The notes under the pieces were generated by a model. It did no database searches. It was not told the origin of the DNA and was given only the letters and a program-made list of their open reading frames with translations. Below, piece after piece: positions 39,182-54,100 of a stretch of 64,000 bases of DNA; position 1 is the stretch's first letter, and each line of letters opens with the position of its first letter. The translations under genes were made by a program, and so were the position numbers. This stretch comes from Tubulanus polymorphus (taxonomy: Eukaryota > Animalia > Nemertea): positions 2,852,001 through 2,916,000 of the forward strand of contig NC_134036.1 of assembly GCF_964204645.1 (NCBI RefSeq), written 5' to 3'.

Positions 39182-42100
39182 GTGAAGCACCAGGAATTAT
39201 AAGTTTCATTTTACAATATTTGAGCTACTAACAAGACTTGTTCTATCAATTATTTCAGGAAGAAAAATCAGAATTGAAATCGCAGAATTATTTGCTGGAC
39301 AAAGAAAAGCGAAGTCTAGAATTGAATTTGAACAGTAAAGAAAGTCAGGAACAAGCTTTCGTCGTACAAATACAGCATTTAAAAAGTGTATTGAAGGAGA
39401 AAACTAAGAAATGTAACTGCAAGAAAACTTCCGTAAGTCATTGATTTGTTTCCTGTTAATGGTAGGCCTATCAAAAATATTATTATACGGTACATGTATT
39501 ATGTAAAGTTGCTAATGTTACCCAGGTTTAATTAAGTTTTAGATGATTTATGTTCAAATTTTAGTTAGTGAATTTGATTAAGGTGTGCTCAATAGCTTTA
39601 GCGTCAGTGAACGCAAGTGAGATTTTCTCCACTGCTTTCAACGCAACATGAAATATAAAAACATATTTCTGTTTTTTCTGTGGTTTTAGAATCAAGACGG
39701 TTCGGATTCGTCATCGGATCGCCGGTCGTCTACCGGGTCAGTGAAAATATCAGACTTGTCGAATCGAACGCCGATCGAATTGGCGCAGGATCTCGCCGAG
39801 TCGTTGAAACGCGAGAAAAAACTGAAAATACGCGTCCACGAACTCGTCACAGCGATGGAACGATTGTCGCGCAACGCTGAAACGCGACATCAACAATCGG
39901 CCGAATTTGTTAATGATCTCAAACGTGCGAATAAGTAAGTATCAAACACGGATACAGCATCAGGTTAGCTGACAGGTACGATTTCTGAAATAGCGACGCG
40001 ACACTTTCAAAACGCTTCGAAAGTGTTTCTAGTTGAACAAAAATATTCGTTAGAAAATCTCTCGCTTTCGAAAGATTCCAGTGTGCAGGGTTTGAACTAC
40101 CTTGCAGTCTAAATATTGTATACATGCTTCAAAACGCCTTGCTAGAAAATATTCATAGATAGAATTATCTACGTAGAATTCAGGCTGCAAGGTTAGAATC
40201 CTGATGCAGCTTCAGACATTGCCTATAAATGCTTAAATGCTTCAAATGATTTATATAGAGGATGACAACCCTCCACAAACCTTCGTAAGACTCGTCCCAG
40301 GCGCCCTATTATAGGAAGGTCTAGCCCCCCTTTCCTAACTACCGAATTGTCCGTGGGAACTAGGACTAGTATCTGAACGCATCGGCGGAGCCACTCCCAG
40401 AAGTCGCCAAACTCAGGCCAAGAAAACCATCAACTGACATCCGTATGACCCGTACTTTCCTGTTCCAAATCATACAGTCGGGCTCTGAGCCATCAGGCGG
40501 GTTGATGGCCGTGAAGGTTCCGGCTGCTGGGTTTGATTCCTGGTGCAGCTCGGATGTTGTCTGTGTAATAGCTTCCAGCTGTAGGGTTAGATTCCCAGAA
40601 CAGCTTTGATTTTGCCTTAAAACACTTCAAATGTATTTTCTGGTTAAAATACATTCATTAAGAGATTATCTACTTATAAAATGTTCGAGGCTGTCAGGTT
40701 AGACCCTGATATATCTTTCGTTTTGCTTTCTAACACTTCAAATGTGTTTTCTGGCGATAATACATTCATAGATAATCAACTTTTAAAAATGCTCTATGCT
40801 GTCAGGTTAGACCCTGATATATCTTTTGCGATGCCTTCATACACTTCAAATGTGTTTTCTGGCTATAATACATTCATAGATAGAATATTGACTTTTAAAA
40901 ATGCTCTTTGCTGCCAGGTTAGACACTGATATATCTTTCGCGTTGCCTTTTAACACTTCAAATGTGTTTTCTGGCTATGAATACATTCATAAACATACAA
41001 GTAGCTGGTTATGCAGATACCAGAGTACGACAACCCTATACAGTCCCTCAGTAAGACTCGTCCCAGGCGCCCTTCCAAGGAATTTTTTACATTCCTGACT
41101 ACCGATCGTCCTTTATATACGGAAACCACGGCGGAGCCTCTCCCGGAACCTGCCAAACATAGAGAAAGGCAGGAAAGCCACACACTGATATCTGCATGAC
41201 TTGTACATTCTAGTTTAAAATGATGCAGAGTTTGCTGGTTTCGCAATAGGCCAGTCAGGGAAGTGTAGAGTGAGCTGGTGTTTCAACGGACAAGTCACAG
41301 AAGTTAAAGATCTTTCTTTTATTTCGCAAACGCTTTCTTTTGTTGAGATTAAACAATTTTGCGGAGGATTTTTAGTTCAAGTTAAAGTCTATTTTCTATA
41401 CTTGAGTTGTAATTCATGAGACTATCATTTTCCCCGGTGACGTGGTTAGATATTATTTTCATGTTGTATAAACCCATGTGTAGTGATAAAAGCTATTCCT
41501 ATAAATGTTTATTTTTAGTGTAGTTATTTTTAATCGAGTCCTTTGCGTTATGTTCATTTTGGTTACTTTATCAATTTAAGATACGTAATATATCTGTTGT
41601 TAATTCGCTAATGAGCAAAATTCCTCTGTATGTAAAGAGCTGTAAGTTTCAGTTGCGAAATAGCGACGCGATGTCTTCAAAACGCTTCATATGCGTTTCA
41701 AGTCATACGATATATTCATTAAGAATCATCCACTTTTGGTAGATTCCAGAGAGTAGTGTGAGAACTACTATATGCATATGTTTCAAAATAGGTTATCATA
41801 CAAGAAAAAATATTCATAAAGAAATGCTCCATTATTCAATTGTTCCATTCTGTGGGGTTGATCCCCAATATTGCTTAAGATGTTGTCTATAATCGCCTAA
41901 TAGTCGTTGCTGGCTACAAAAATATTCCTTGATAAAATTCTTTACTATCAAAATATTTCAGGCTGCAAGGTTAGAATCCTGACGCAGCTGTTGCCTATAA
42001 ACGCTTCAAATGATATATAGAGGATGACAACCCTCCACAAACCTTCGTAAGACTCGTTCCAGGCGCCCTATTATAGGAAGGTCTAGTCCCCCTTTCCTAA

Positions 42101-45100
42101 CTACCGAATTGTCCGTGGGAACTAGGACTAGTATCTGAACGCATCGGCGGAGCCACTCCCAGAAGTCACCAAACTCAGGCCAAGAAAACCATCAACTGAC
42201 ATCCGTATGACCCGTACTTTCCTGTTCCAAATCATACAGTCGGGCTCTGAGCCATCAGGCGGGTTGATGGCCGTGAAGGTTCCGGCTACTGGGTTTGATT
42301 CCCGGTGCAGCTCGGATGTTGTCTGTGAAATAGTTTCCAGCTGTGGGGTTAGATTCCCAGAACAGCTTGGATTTTGACTTAAAACACTTCAAATGTGTTT
42401 TCTGGCTATAATACATTCATAAAGTGATTATCCACTTTTGAGATGTTCCAGGCTGTCAGGTTAGACCCTGATACGTCTTCAGCGTTGCCTTTCAACACTT
42501 CAAATGTGTTTTCTGGCTGAAATACATTCATTAAGAGATTATGTACTTATAAAATGTTCCAGGCTGTCAGGTTAGACCCTGATATATCTTTCGTTTTGCT
42601 TTATAAAACATCAAATGTGTTTTCTGGCTAAAATACATTCATTCATAGATAATCAACTTTTGAATATGCTCTATGCTGTCAGGTTAGACCCTGATATATC
42701 TTTCGCGTTGCCTTTTAACACTTCTAATGTGTTTTCTGGCTATGAATACATTCATAAACATACAAGTAGCTGTTATGCAGATACCAGAGTACGACAACCC
42801 TATACAGTCCCTCAGTAAGACTCGTCCCAGGCGCCCTTCCAAGGAATTTTTTACATTCCTGACTACCGATCGTCCTTTATATACGGAAACCACGGCGGAG
42901 CCTCTCCCGGAACCTGCCAAACATAGAGAAAGGCAGGAAAGCCACACACTGATAACTGCATGACTTGTACATTCTAGTTTAAAATGATGCAGAGTTTGCT
43001 GGTTTCGCAATAGGCCAGTCAGGGAAGTCTAGAGTGAGCTGGTGTTTCAACTGACAAGTCACAGAAGTTTAAGATCTTTCTTTTATTTCGCAAACGCTTT
43101 CTTTTGATGAGATTAAACAATTTTGTGGAGGATTTTTAGTTCAAGTTAAAGTATATTTTCCATACTTGAGTTGTAATTCATGAGACTATCATTTTCCCCG
43201 GTGACATGGTTAGATATTATTTTCATGTTGTATAACCCATGTGTAGTGATATAAGTTATTCCTATAAATGTTTATTTTTAGTGTAGTTATTTTTAATCGA
43301 GTCCTTTGCGTTATGTTCATTTTGGTAACTTTATCAATTTAAGATGCTTTATATATCTGTTGTTAATTCGCTAATGAGCAAAATTCCTCTGTATGTAAAG
43401 AGCTGTAAATTTCAGTTCCGAAATAGCGACGCGATATCTTCAAAACGCTTCATATGCGTTTCAAGTCATACGATATATTCATTAAGAATCATCGACTTTT
43501 GGTAGATTCCAGAGAGTAGTGTGAGAACTACTATATGCATATATGTTTCAAAATAGGTTATCATACAAGAAAAAATATTCATAGAGAAATGCTCCATTAT
43601 TCAATTGTTCCATTCTGTGGGGTTGATCCCCAATATCGCTTAAGATGTTGTCTATAATCGCCTAATAGTCGTTGCTGGCTACAAAAATATTCCTTGATAA
43701 AATTCTTTACTATCAAAATATTTCAGGCTGCAAGGTTAGAATCCTGACGCAGCTGTTGCCTATAAACGCTTCAAATGATATATAGAGGATGACAACCCTC
43801 CACAAACCTTCGTAAGACTCGTTCCAGGCGCCCTATTATAGGAAGGTCTAGTCCCCCTTTCCTAACTACCGAATTGTCCGTGGGAACTAGGACTAGTATC
43901 TGAACGCATCGGCGGAGCCACTCCCAGAAGTCACCAAACTCAGGCCAAGAAAACCATCAACTGACATCCGTATGACCCGTACTTTCCTGTTCCAAATCAT
44001 ACAGTCGGGCTCTGAGCCATCAGGCGGGTTGATGGCCGTGAAGGTTCCGGCTACTGGGTTTGATTCCCGGTGCAGCTCGAATGTTGTCTGTGAAATAGTT
44101 TCCAGCTGTGGGGTTAGATTCCCAGAACAGCTTGGATTTTGACTTAAAACACTTCAAATGTGTTTTCTGGCTATAATACATTCATAAAGTGATTATCCAC
44201 TTTTGAGATGTTCCAGGCTGTCAGGTTAGACCCTGATACGTCTTCAGCGTTGCCTTTCAACACTTCAAATGTGTTTTCTGGCTGAAATACATTCATTAAG
44301 AGATTATGTACTTATAAAATGTTCCAGGCTGTCAGGTTAGACCCTGATATATCTTTCGTTTTGCTTTATAAAACATCAAATGTGTTTTCTGGCTAAAATA
44401 CATTCATTCATAGATAATCAACTTTTGAATATGCTCTATGCTGTCAGGTTAGACCCTGATATATCTTTCGCGTTGCCTTTTAACACTTCTAATGTGTTTT
44501 CTGGCTATGAATACATTCATAAACATACAAGTAGCTGGTTATGCAGATACCAGAGTACGACAACCCTATACAGTCCCTCAGTAAGACTCATCCCAGGCGC
44601 CCTTCCAAGGAATTTTTTACATTCCTGACTACCGATCGTCCTTTATATACGGAAACCACGGCGGAGCCTCTCCCGGAACCTGCCAAACATAGAGAAAGGC
44701 AGGAAAGCCACACACTGATATCTGCATGACTTGTACATTCTAGTTTAAAATGATGCAGAGTTTGCTGGTTTCGCAATAGGCCAGTCAGGGAAGTCTAGAG
44801 TGAGCTGGTGTTTCAACTGACAAGTCACAGAAGTTTAAGATCTTTCTTTTATTTCGCAAACGCTTTCTTTTGATGAGATTAAACAATTTTGTGGAGGATT
44901 TTTAGTTCAAGTTAAAGTATATTTTCCATACTTGAGTTGTAATTCATGAGACTATCATTTTCCCCGGTGACATGGTTAGATATTATTTTCATGTTGTATA
45001 ACCCATGTGTAGTGATATAAGTTATTCCTATAAATGTTTATTTTTAGTGTAGTTATTTTTAATCGAGTCCTTTGCGTTATGTTCATTTTGGTAACTTTAT

Positions 45101-48100
45101 CAATTTAAGATGCTTTATATATCTGTTGTTAATTCGCTAATGAGCAAAATTCCTCTGTATGTAAAGAGCTGTAAATTTCAGTTCCGAAATAGCGACGCGA
45201 TATCTTCAAAACGCTTCATATGCGTTTCAAGTCATACGATATATTCATTAAGAATCATCGACTTTTGGTAGATTCCAGAGAGTAGTGTGAGAACTACTAT
45301 ATGCATATATGTTTCAAAATAGGTTATCATACAAGAAAAAATATTCATAGAGAAATGCTCCATTATTCAATTGTTCCATTCTGTGGGGTTGATCCCCAAT
45401 ATCGCTTAAGATGTTGTCTATAATCGCCTAATAGTCGTTGCTGGCTACAAAAATATTCCTTGATAAAATTCTTTACTATCAAAATATTTCAGGCTGCAAG
45501 GTTAGAATCCTGACGCAGCTGTTGCCTATAAACGCTTCAAATGATATATAGAGGATGACAACCCTCCACAAACCTTCGTAAGACTCGTTCCAGGCGCCCT
45601 ATTATAGGAAGGTCTAGTCCCCCTTTCCTAACTACCGAATTGTCCGTGGGAACTAGGACTAGTATCTGAACGCATCGGCGGAGCCACTCCCAGAAGTCGC
45701 CAAACTCAGGCCAAGAAAACCATCAACTGACATCCGTATGACCCGTACTTTCCTGTTCCAAATCATACAGTCGGGCTCTGAGCCATCAGGCGGGTTGATG
45801 GCCGTGAAGGTTCCGGCTACTGGGTTTGATTCCCGGTGCAACTCGGATGTTGTCTGTGGAATAGCTTCCAGCTGTGGGGTTAGATTCCCAGAACAGCTTG
45901 GATTTTGTCTTTGAACACTTCAAATGTGTTTTCTGGCTATAATACATTCATAAAATGATTATCCACTTTTGAGATGTTCCAGGCTGTCAGGTTAGACCCT
46001 GATATATCTTTCGTTTTGCCTTTTAACACTTCAAATGTGTTTTCTGGCTCAAATGCATTCATTAAGAGATTTATCTACTTGTAAAATGTTCCAGGCTGTC
46101 AGGTTAGACCCTGATATATCTTTCGTTTTGCCTTTTAACCCTTCAAATGTGTTTTCTGGCTAAAATACATTCATTAAGAGATTATCTACTGATAAAATGC
46201 TCTATGCTGTCAGGTTAGACCCTGATATATCTTTCGTTTTGCCTTTTAACCCTTCAAATGTGTTTTCTGGCTAAAATACATTCATTAAGAGATTATCTAC
46301 TGATAAAATGCTCTATGCTGTCAGGTTAGACCCTGATATATCTTTCGTTTTGCCTTTTAACACTTCAAATGTGTTTTCTGGCTCAAATGCATTCATTAAG
46401 AGATTTATCTACTTGTAAAATGTTCCAGGCTGTCAGGTTAGACCATGATATATCTTTCGTTTTGCCTTTTAACCCTTCAAATGTGTTTTCTGGCTAAAAT
46501 ACATTCATTAAGAGATTATCTACTGATAAAATGCTCTATGCTGTCAGGTTAGACCCTGATATATCTTTCGTTTTGCCTTTTAACACTTCAAATGTGTTTT
46601 CTGGCTCAAATGCATTCATTAAGAGATTATCTACTTATAAAATGTTCCTGGCTGTCAGGTTAGACCCTGATATATCTTTCGTTTTGCTTTATAACACTTC
46701 AAATGTGTTTTCTGGCTAAAATACATTCATTCATAGCTAATCAACTTTTGAAAATGCTCTTTGCTGTCAGGTTAGACCCTGATATATCTTTCGCGATGCC
46801 TTCATACGCTTCAAATGTGTTTTCTGGCAATAATACATTCATAGATAGAATATTGACTTTTAAAAATGCTTTATGCTGTCAGGTTAGACCCTGATATATC
46901 TTTCGCGTTGCCTTTTAACACTTCAAATATGCTTTCTGGCTATGAATACATTCATAAACATACAAGTAGCAGGTTATGCAGATACCAGAGTACGACAACC
47001 CTATACAGTCCCTCAGTAAGACTCGTCCCAGGCGCCCTTCCAAGGAATTTTTTACATTCCTGACTACCGATCGTCCTTTATATACGGAAACCACGGCAGA
47101 GCCTCTCCCGGAACCTGCCAAACATAGAGAAAGGCAGGAAAGCCACACACTGATATCTGCATGACTTGTACTTTCTAGTTTAAAATGATGCAGAGTTTGC
47201 TGGTTTCGCAATAGGCCAGTCAGGGAAGTCTAGAGTGAGCTGGTGTTTCAACGGACAAGTCACAGAAGTTTAAGATCTTTCTTTTATTTCGCAAACGCTT
47301 TCTTTTGTTGAGATTAAACAATTTTGCGGAGGATTTTTAGTTCAAGTTAAAGTCTATTTTCTATACTTGAGTTGTAATTCATGAGACTATCATTATTTGC
47401 CACTGACATGGTTAGATATTATTTTCATGTTGTATAACCCATGTGTAGTGATATAAGTTATTCCTATAAATGTTTATTTTTAGTGTAGTTATTTTTAATC
47501 GAGTCCTTTGCGTTATGTTCATTTTGGTTACTTTATCAATTTAAGATACGTTATATATCTGTTGTTAATTCGCTAATAAGCAAAATTCCTCTGTATGTAA
47601 AGAGCTGTAAGTTTCAGTTGCAAAATAGCGACGCGATGTTTTCAAAACGCTTCATATGCGTTTCAAGTCATACGATATATTCACTAAGAATCATCCACTT
47701 TTGGTAGATTCCAGAGAGTAGTGTGAGAACTACTATATGCAAATATGTTTCAAAATAGGTTATCATACAAGAAAAAATATTCATAAAGAAATGCTCCATT
47801 ATTCAATTGTTCCATTCTGTGGGGATGATCCCCAATATTGCTTAAGATGTTGTCTATAATCGCCTAATAGTCGTTGCTGGCTACAAAAATATTCCGTGAT
47901 AAAATTCTTTACTATCAAAATATTTCAGGCTGCAAGGTTAGAATCCTGACGCAGCTGTTGCCTATAAACGCTTCAAATGATATATAGAGGATGACAACCC
48001 TCCACAAACCTTCGTAAGACTCGTCCCAGGCGCCCTATTATAGGAAGGTCTAGTCCCCCTTTCCTAACTACCGAATTGTCCGTGGGAACTAGGACTAGTA

Positions 48101-51100
48101 TCTGAACGCATCGGCGGAGCCACTCCCAGAAGTCGCCAAACTCAGGCCAAGAAAACCATCAACTGACATCCGTATGACCCGTACTTTCCTGTTCCAAATC
48201 ATACAGTCGGGCTCTGAGCCATCAGGCGGGTTGATGGCCGTGAAGGTTCCGGCTACTGGGTTTGATTCCTGGTGCAGCTCGGATGTTGTCTGTGAAATAG
48301 CTTCCAGCTGTAGGGTTAGATTCCCAGAACAGCTTGGATATTGCCTTAAAACACTTCAAATGTGTTTTCTGGCTATATAATACATTCATAAAGATATTAT
48401 CCACTTTTGAGATGTTCCAGGCTGTCAGGTTAGACCCTGATACATCTTCAGCATTGCCTTTCAACACTTCAAATGTGTTATGTGGCTATAATACATTCAT
48501 TAAGAGATTATCTACTTGTAAAATGTTCCAGGCTGTCAGGTTAGACCCTGATGTATCTTTCGTTTTGCCTTTTAACACTTCAAATGTGTTTTCTGGCTAA
48601 AATACATTCATTAAGAGATTATCGACTGATAAAATGCTCTATGCTGCCAGGTTAGACCCTGATATATCTTTCGCTTTGCCTTTTAACACTTCAAAGTGTT
48701 TTCTGGCTATAATACATTCATAAACATACAAGTAGCTGTTATGCAGATACCAGAGTACAACAACCCTATACAGTCCCTCAGTAAGACTCGTCCCAGGCGC
48801 CCTTCCAAGGAATTTTTTACATTCCTGACTACCGATCGTCCTTTATATACGGAAACCACGGCGGAGCCTCTCCCGGAACCTGCCAAACATAGAGAAAGGC
48901 AGGAAAGCCACACACTGATATCTGCATGACTTGTACTTCCTAGTTTAAAATGATGCAGAGTTTGCTGGTTTCGCAATAGGCCAGTCAGGGAAGTCTAGAG
49001 TGAGCTGGTGTTTCAACTGACAAGTCACAGAAGTTTAAGGTCTTTCTTTTATTGAGATTAAACAATTTTGCAGAGGATGTTAAGTTCAAGTAGAAGTCTA
49101 TTTCTATACTTGAGTTGTTATTCATGAGACTATCATTTTCCCCGTTGACATGGTTAGATATTATTTTCATGTTGTATAAACCCATGTGTAGTGATATAAG
49201 TTATTCCTATAAATGTTTATTTTTAGTGTAGTTATTTTTAATCAAGTCCTTTGCGTTATGTTCATTTTGGTTACTTTAACAATTTAAGATACGTAATATA
49301 TCTGTTGTTAATTCGCTAATGAGCAAAATTCCTTTGTATGTAAAGAGCTGTAAATTTCAGTGCCGAAATAGCGACGCGATGTCTTCAAAACGCTTCATAT
49401 GTGTTTCAAGTCATACGATATATTCATTAAGAATCATCCACTTTTGGTAGATTCCAGAGAGTAGTGTGAGAACTACTATATGCATATATGTTTCAAAATA
49501 GGTTATCATACAAGAAAAAATATTCATAAAGAAATGCTCCATTATTCAATTGTTCCATTCTGTGGGGTTGATCCCCAATATTGCTTAAGATGTTGTCTAT
49601 AATCGCCTAATAGTCGTTGCTGGCTACAAAAATATTCCTTGATAAAATTCTTTACTATCAAAAGATTTCAGGCTGCAAGGTTAGAATCCTGACGCAGCTG
49701 TTGCCTATAAGCGCTTCAAATGATATATAGAGGATGACAACCCTCCACAAACCTTCGTAAGACTCGTCCCAGGCGCCCTATTATAGGAAGGTCTAGTCCC
49801 CCTTTCCTAACTACCGAATTGTCCGTGGGAACTAGGACTAGTATCTGAACGCATCGGCGGAGCCACTCCCAGAAGTCGCCAAACTCAGGCCAAGAAAACC
49901 ATCAACTGACATCCGTATGACCCGTACTTTCCTGTTCCAAATCATACAGTCGGGCTCTGAGCCATCAGGCGGGTTGATGGCCGTGAAGGTTCCGGCTGCT
50001 GGGTTTGATTCCCGGTGCAGCTCAGATGTTGTCTGTGAAATAGTTTCCAGCTGTGGGGTTAGATTCCCAGTAAAGCTTGGATTTTGCCTTAAAACACTTC
50101 AAATGTGTTTTCTGGCTATAATACATTCATAACGATATTATCCACTTTTGAGATGTTCCAGGCTTTCAGGTTAGACCCTGATACATCTTCAGCGTTGTTT
50201 TTCAACACTTCAAATGTGTTATGTGGCTATAATACATTCATTAAGAGATTATCTACTTGTAAAATGTTCCAGGCTGTCAGGTTAGACCCTGATATATCTT
50301 TCGTTTTGCCTTTTAACACTTCAAATGTGTTTTCTGGCTAAAATACATTCATTAAGAGATTATCGACTGATAAAATGCTCTATGCTGCCAGGTTAGACCC
50401 TGATATATCTTTCGCTTTGCCTTTTAACACTTCAAAGTGTTTTCTGGCTATAATACATTCATAAAGATATTATCGACTTTTGAGATGTTCCAGGCTGTCA
50501 GGTTAGACCCTGATACATCTTTCGCATTGCCTTTTAACACTTAAGAATGTTTTCTGTCTGAAATACATTCATTAAGAGATTATCAACGTTTGAAAATGCT
50601 CTTTGCTGCCAGGTTAGACACTGATATATCTTTCGCGTTGCCTTTTAACACTTCAAATATGTTTTCTGGCTATGAATACATTCATAAACATACAAGTAGC
50701 TGTTATGCAGATACCAGAGTACGACAACCCTATACAGTCCCTCAGTAAGACTCGTCCCAGGCGCCCTTCCAAGGAATTTTTTACATTCCTGACTACCGAT
50801 CGTCCTTTATATACGGAAACCACGGCGGAGCCTCTCCCGGAACCTGCCAAACATAGAGAAAGGCAGGAAAGCCACACACTGATATCTGCATGACTTGTAC
50901 TTTCTAGTTTAAAATGATGCAGAGTTTGCTGGTTTCGCAATAGGCCAGTCAGGGAAGTCTAGAGTGAGCTGGTGTTTCAACTGACAAGTCACAGAAGTTA
51001 AAGATCTTTCTTTTATTTCGCAAACGCTTTCTTTTGATGAGATTAAACAATTTTGTGGAGGATTTTTAGTTCAAGTTAAAGTCTATTTTCTATACTTGAG

Positions 51101-54100
51101 TTGTAATTCATGAGACTATCATTATTTCCCACTGACATGGTTAGATATTATTTTCATGTTGTATAACCCATGTGTAGTGATATAAGTTATTCCTATAAAT
51201 GTTTATTTTTAGTGTAGTTATTTTTAATCGAGTCCTTTGCGTTATGTTCATTTTGGTAACTTTATCAATTTAAGATGCATAATATATCTGTTGTTAATTC
51301 GCTAATGAGCAAAATTCCTCTGTATGTAAAGAGCTGTAAATTTCAGTTCCGAAATAGCGACGCGATATCTTCAAAACGCTTCATATGCGTTTCAAGTCAT
51401 ACGATATATTCATTAAGAATCATCCACTTTTGGTAGATTCCAGAGAGTAGTGTGAGAACTACTATATGCATATATGTTTCAAAATAGGTTATCATACAAG
51501 AAAAAATATTCATAGAGAAATGCTCCATTATTCAATAATTCCATTCTGTGGGGTTGATCCCCAATATCGCTTAAGATGTTGTCTATAATCGCCTAATAGT
51601 CGTTGCTGGCTACAAAAATATTCCTTGATAAAATTCTTTACTATCAAAATATTCCAGGCTGCAAGGTTAGAATCCTGACGCAGCTGTTGCCTATAAACGC
51701 TTCAAATGATATATAGAGGATGACAACCCTCCACAAACCTTCGTAAGACTCGTTCCAGGCGCCCTATTATAGGAAGGTCTAGTCCCCCTTTCCTAACTAC
51801 CGAATTGTCCGTGGGAACTAGGACTAGTATCTGAACGCATCGGCGGAGCCACTCCCAGAAGTCACCAAACTCAGGCCAAGAAAACCATCAACTGACATCC
51901 GTATGACCCGTACTTTCCTGTTCCAAATCATACAGTCGGGCTCTGAGCCATCAGGCGGGTTGATGGCCGTGAAGGTTCCGGCTGCTGGGTTTGATTCCCG
52001 GTGCAACTCGGATGTTGTCTGTGAAATAGTTTCCAGCTGTAGGGTTAGATTCCCAGAACAGCTTGGATTTTGCCTTTCAACACTTCAAATGTGTTTTCTG
52101 GCTATAATACATTCATAAAGTGATTATCCACTTTTGAGATGTTCCAGGCTATCAGGTTAGACCCTGATATATCTTTTGTTTTGCTTTAACACTTCAAATG
52201 TGTTTTCTGGCTAAAATACATTCATTCATAGATAATCAACTTTTGAAAATGCTCTATGCTGTCAGGTTAGACCCTGATATATCTTTCGGGATGCCTTTAT
52301 ACACTTCAAATGTGTTTTCTGGTTATATAATACATTCATAGCGATATTTTCTACTTGTAAAATGTTCAAGGCTGTCAGGTTAGACCCTGATATATCTTTC
52401 GCATTGCCTTTTAACATTTCAAATGTGTTTCTGGCTATAATGCATTCATAAAGTTCAAAGCTGCAGGTTATATAGATACCAGGGTACTGCAACCCTTTAC
52501 AGTCTGTAGGTAAGACTTGTCGATGATGCTGAGTGAGCTTGTTTTTCAATTCTTGTATATAACTATTTTAGATGAGTTATTTTAATGTGTACTTCATGTT
52601 ATGTTTGTCTCGGTTGCTTTGATTCCCGGTGCAGCTCGGATGTTGTCTGTGTAATAGTTTCCAGCTGTGGGGTTAGATTCCCAGAACAGCTTGGATTTTG
52701 TCTTTAAACACTTCAAATGTGTTTTCTGGCTATAATACATTCATAGAGATATTATCTTCTTGTAAAATGTTCAAGGCTGTCAGGTTAGACCCTGATATAT
52801 CTTTCGCATTGCCTTTCAACACTTTAGAATGTTTTCTGTCTGAAATACATTCATACATAGATTATCAACTTTTGATAATGCTCCACACTGCCAGGTTAGA
52901 CCCTGATACATCTTTCACATTGCCTTCATACATTTCAAATGTGTTTTCTGGCTATTCATAAAGATCCAAGCTGCAGGTTATATAGATACCAGGGTACTGC
53001 AACCCTTCACAGTCCGTTGGCAAGACTTGTCAATGATGCTGAGTAAGCTTGTTTTTCAATTCTTGTATATAATTATTTTAGATGAGTTATTTTAATGAGT
53101 ACTTCATGTTATGTTTGTCTCGGGTGCTTTGATTCCCGGTGCAGCTCGGATGTTGTCTGTGTAATAGTTTCCAGCTGTGGGGTTAGATTCCCAGAACATC
53201 TTGGATTTTGTCTTTGAACACTTCAAATGTGTTTTCTGGCTGTAATACATTCATAGAGATATTATCTTCTTGTAAAATGTTCCAGGCTGTCAGGTTAGAC
53301 CCTGTTATATCTTTCGCATTGCCTCTCAACGCTTAAGAATGTTTTCTGTCTGAAATACATTCATACATAGATTATCAACTTTTGATAATGCTCCACGCTG
53401 TCAAGTTAGACCCTGATACATCTTTCACATTGCCTTTTAACATTTCAAATGTGTTTCTTGGCTATGAAAACATTCATAAAGATACAAGCTGCAGGTTATA
53501 TAGATACCAGGGTACTGCAACCCTTTACAGTCTGTAGGTAAGACTTGTCAATGATGCTGAGTGAGTTTGTTTTTCAATTATTGTATATAATTATTTTAGA
53601 TGAGTTATTTTAATGAGTACTTCATGTTATGTTTGTCTCGATTACTTTGATTCCCGGTGCAGCTCGGATGTTGTCTGTGTAATAGTTTCCAGCTTTGGGG
53701 TTAGATTCCCAGAACAGCTTGGATTTTGTCTTTGAACACTTCAAATGTGTTTACTGGCTATAATACATTCATAGAGAAATTATCTTCTTGTATAATGTTC
53801 AAGGCTGTCAGGTTAGACCCTGATACATCTTTCGCATTGCCTTTCAACGCTTTAGAATGTTTTCTGGCTGAAATACATTCATACATAGATTATCAACTTT
53901 TGATAATGCTCCACACTGTCAGGTTAGACCCTGATATATCTTTTGCGTTGCCTTCATACATTTCAAATGTGTTTTCTGGCTATTCATAAAGATCCAAGCT
54001 GCAGGTTATATAGATACCAGGGTACTGCAACCCTTCACAGTCTGTAGGTAAGACTTGTCAATGATGCTGAGTGAGTTTGTTTTTCAATTATTGTATATAA

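Noticed and set aside
40950-41246. Minus-strand ORF with WLS..LAGSGRGS resembling a P-loop or LINE endonuclease motif
   Set aside because: It has no GK[ST], motif spacing is wrong, and the synonymous pattern and shared stop favour the plus-strand frame.
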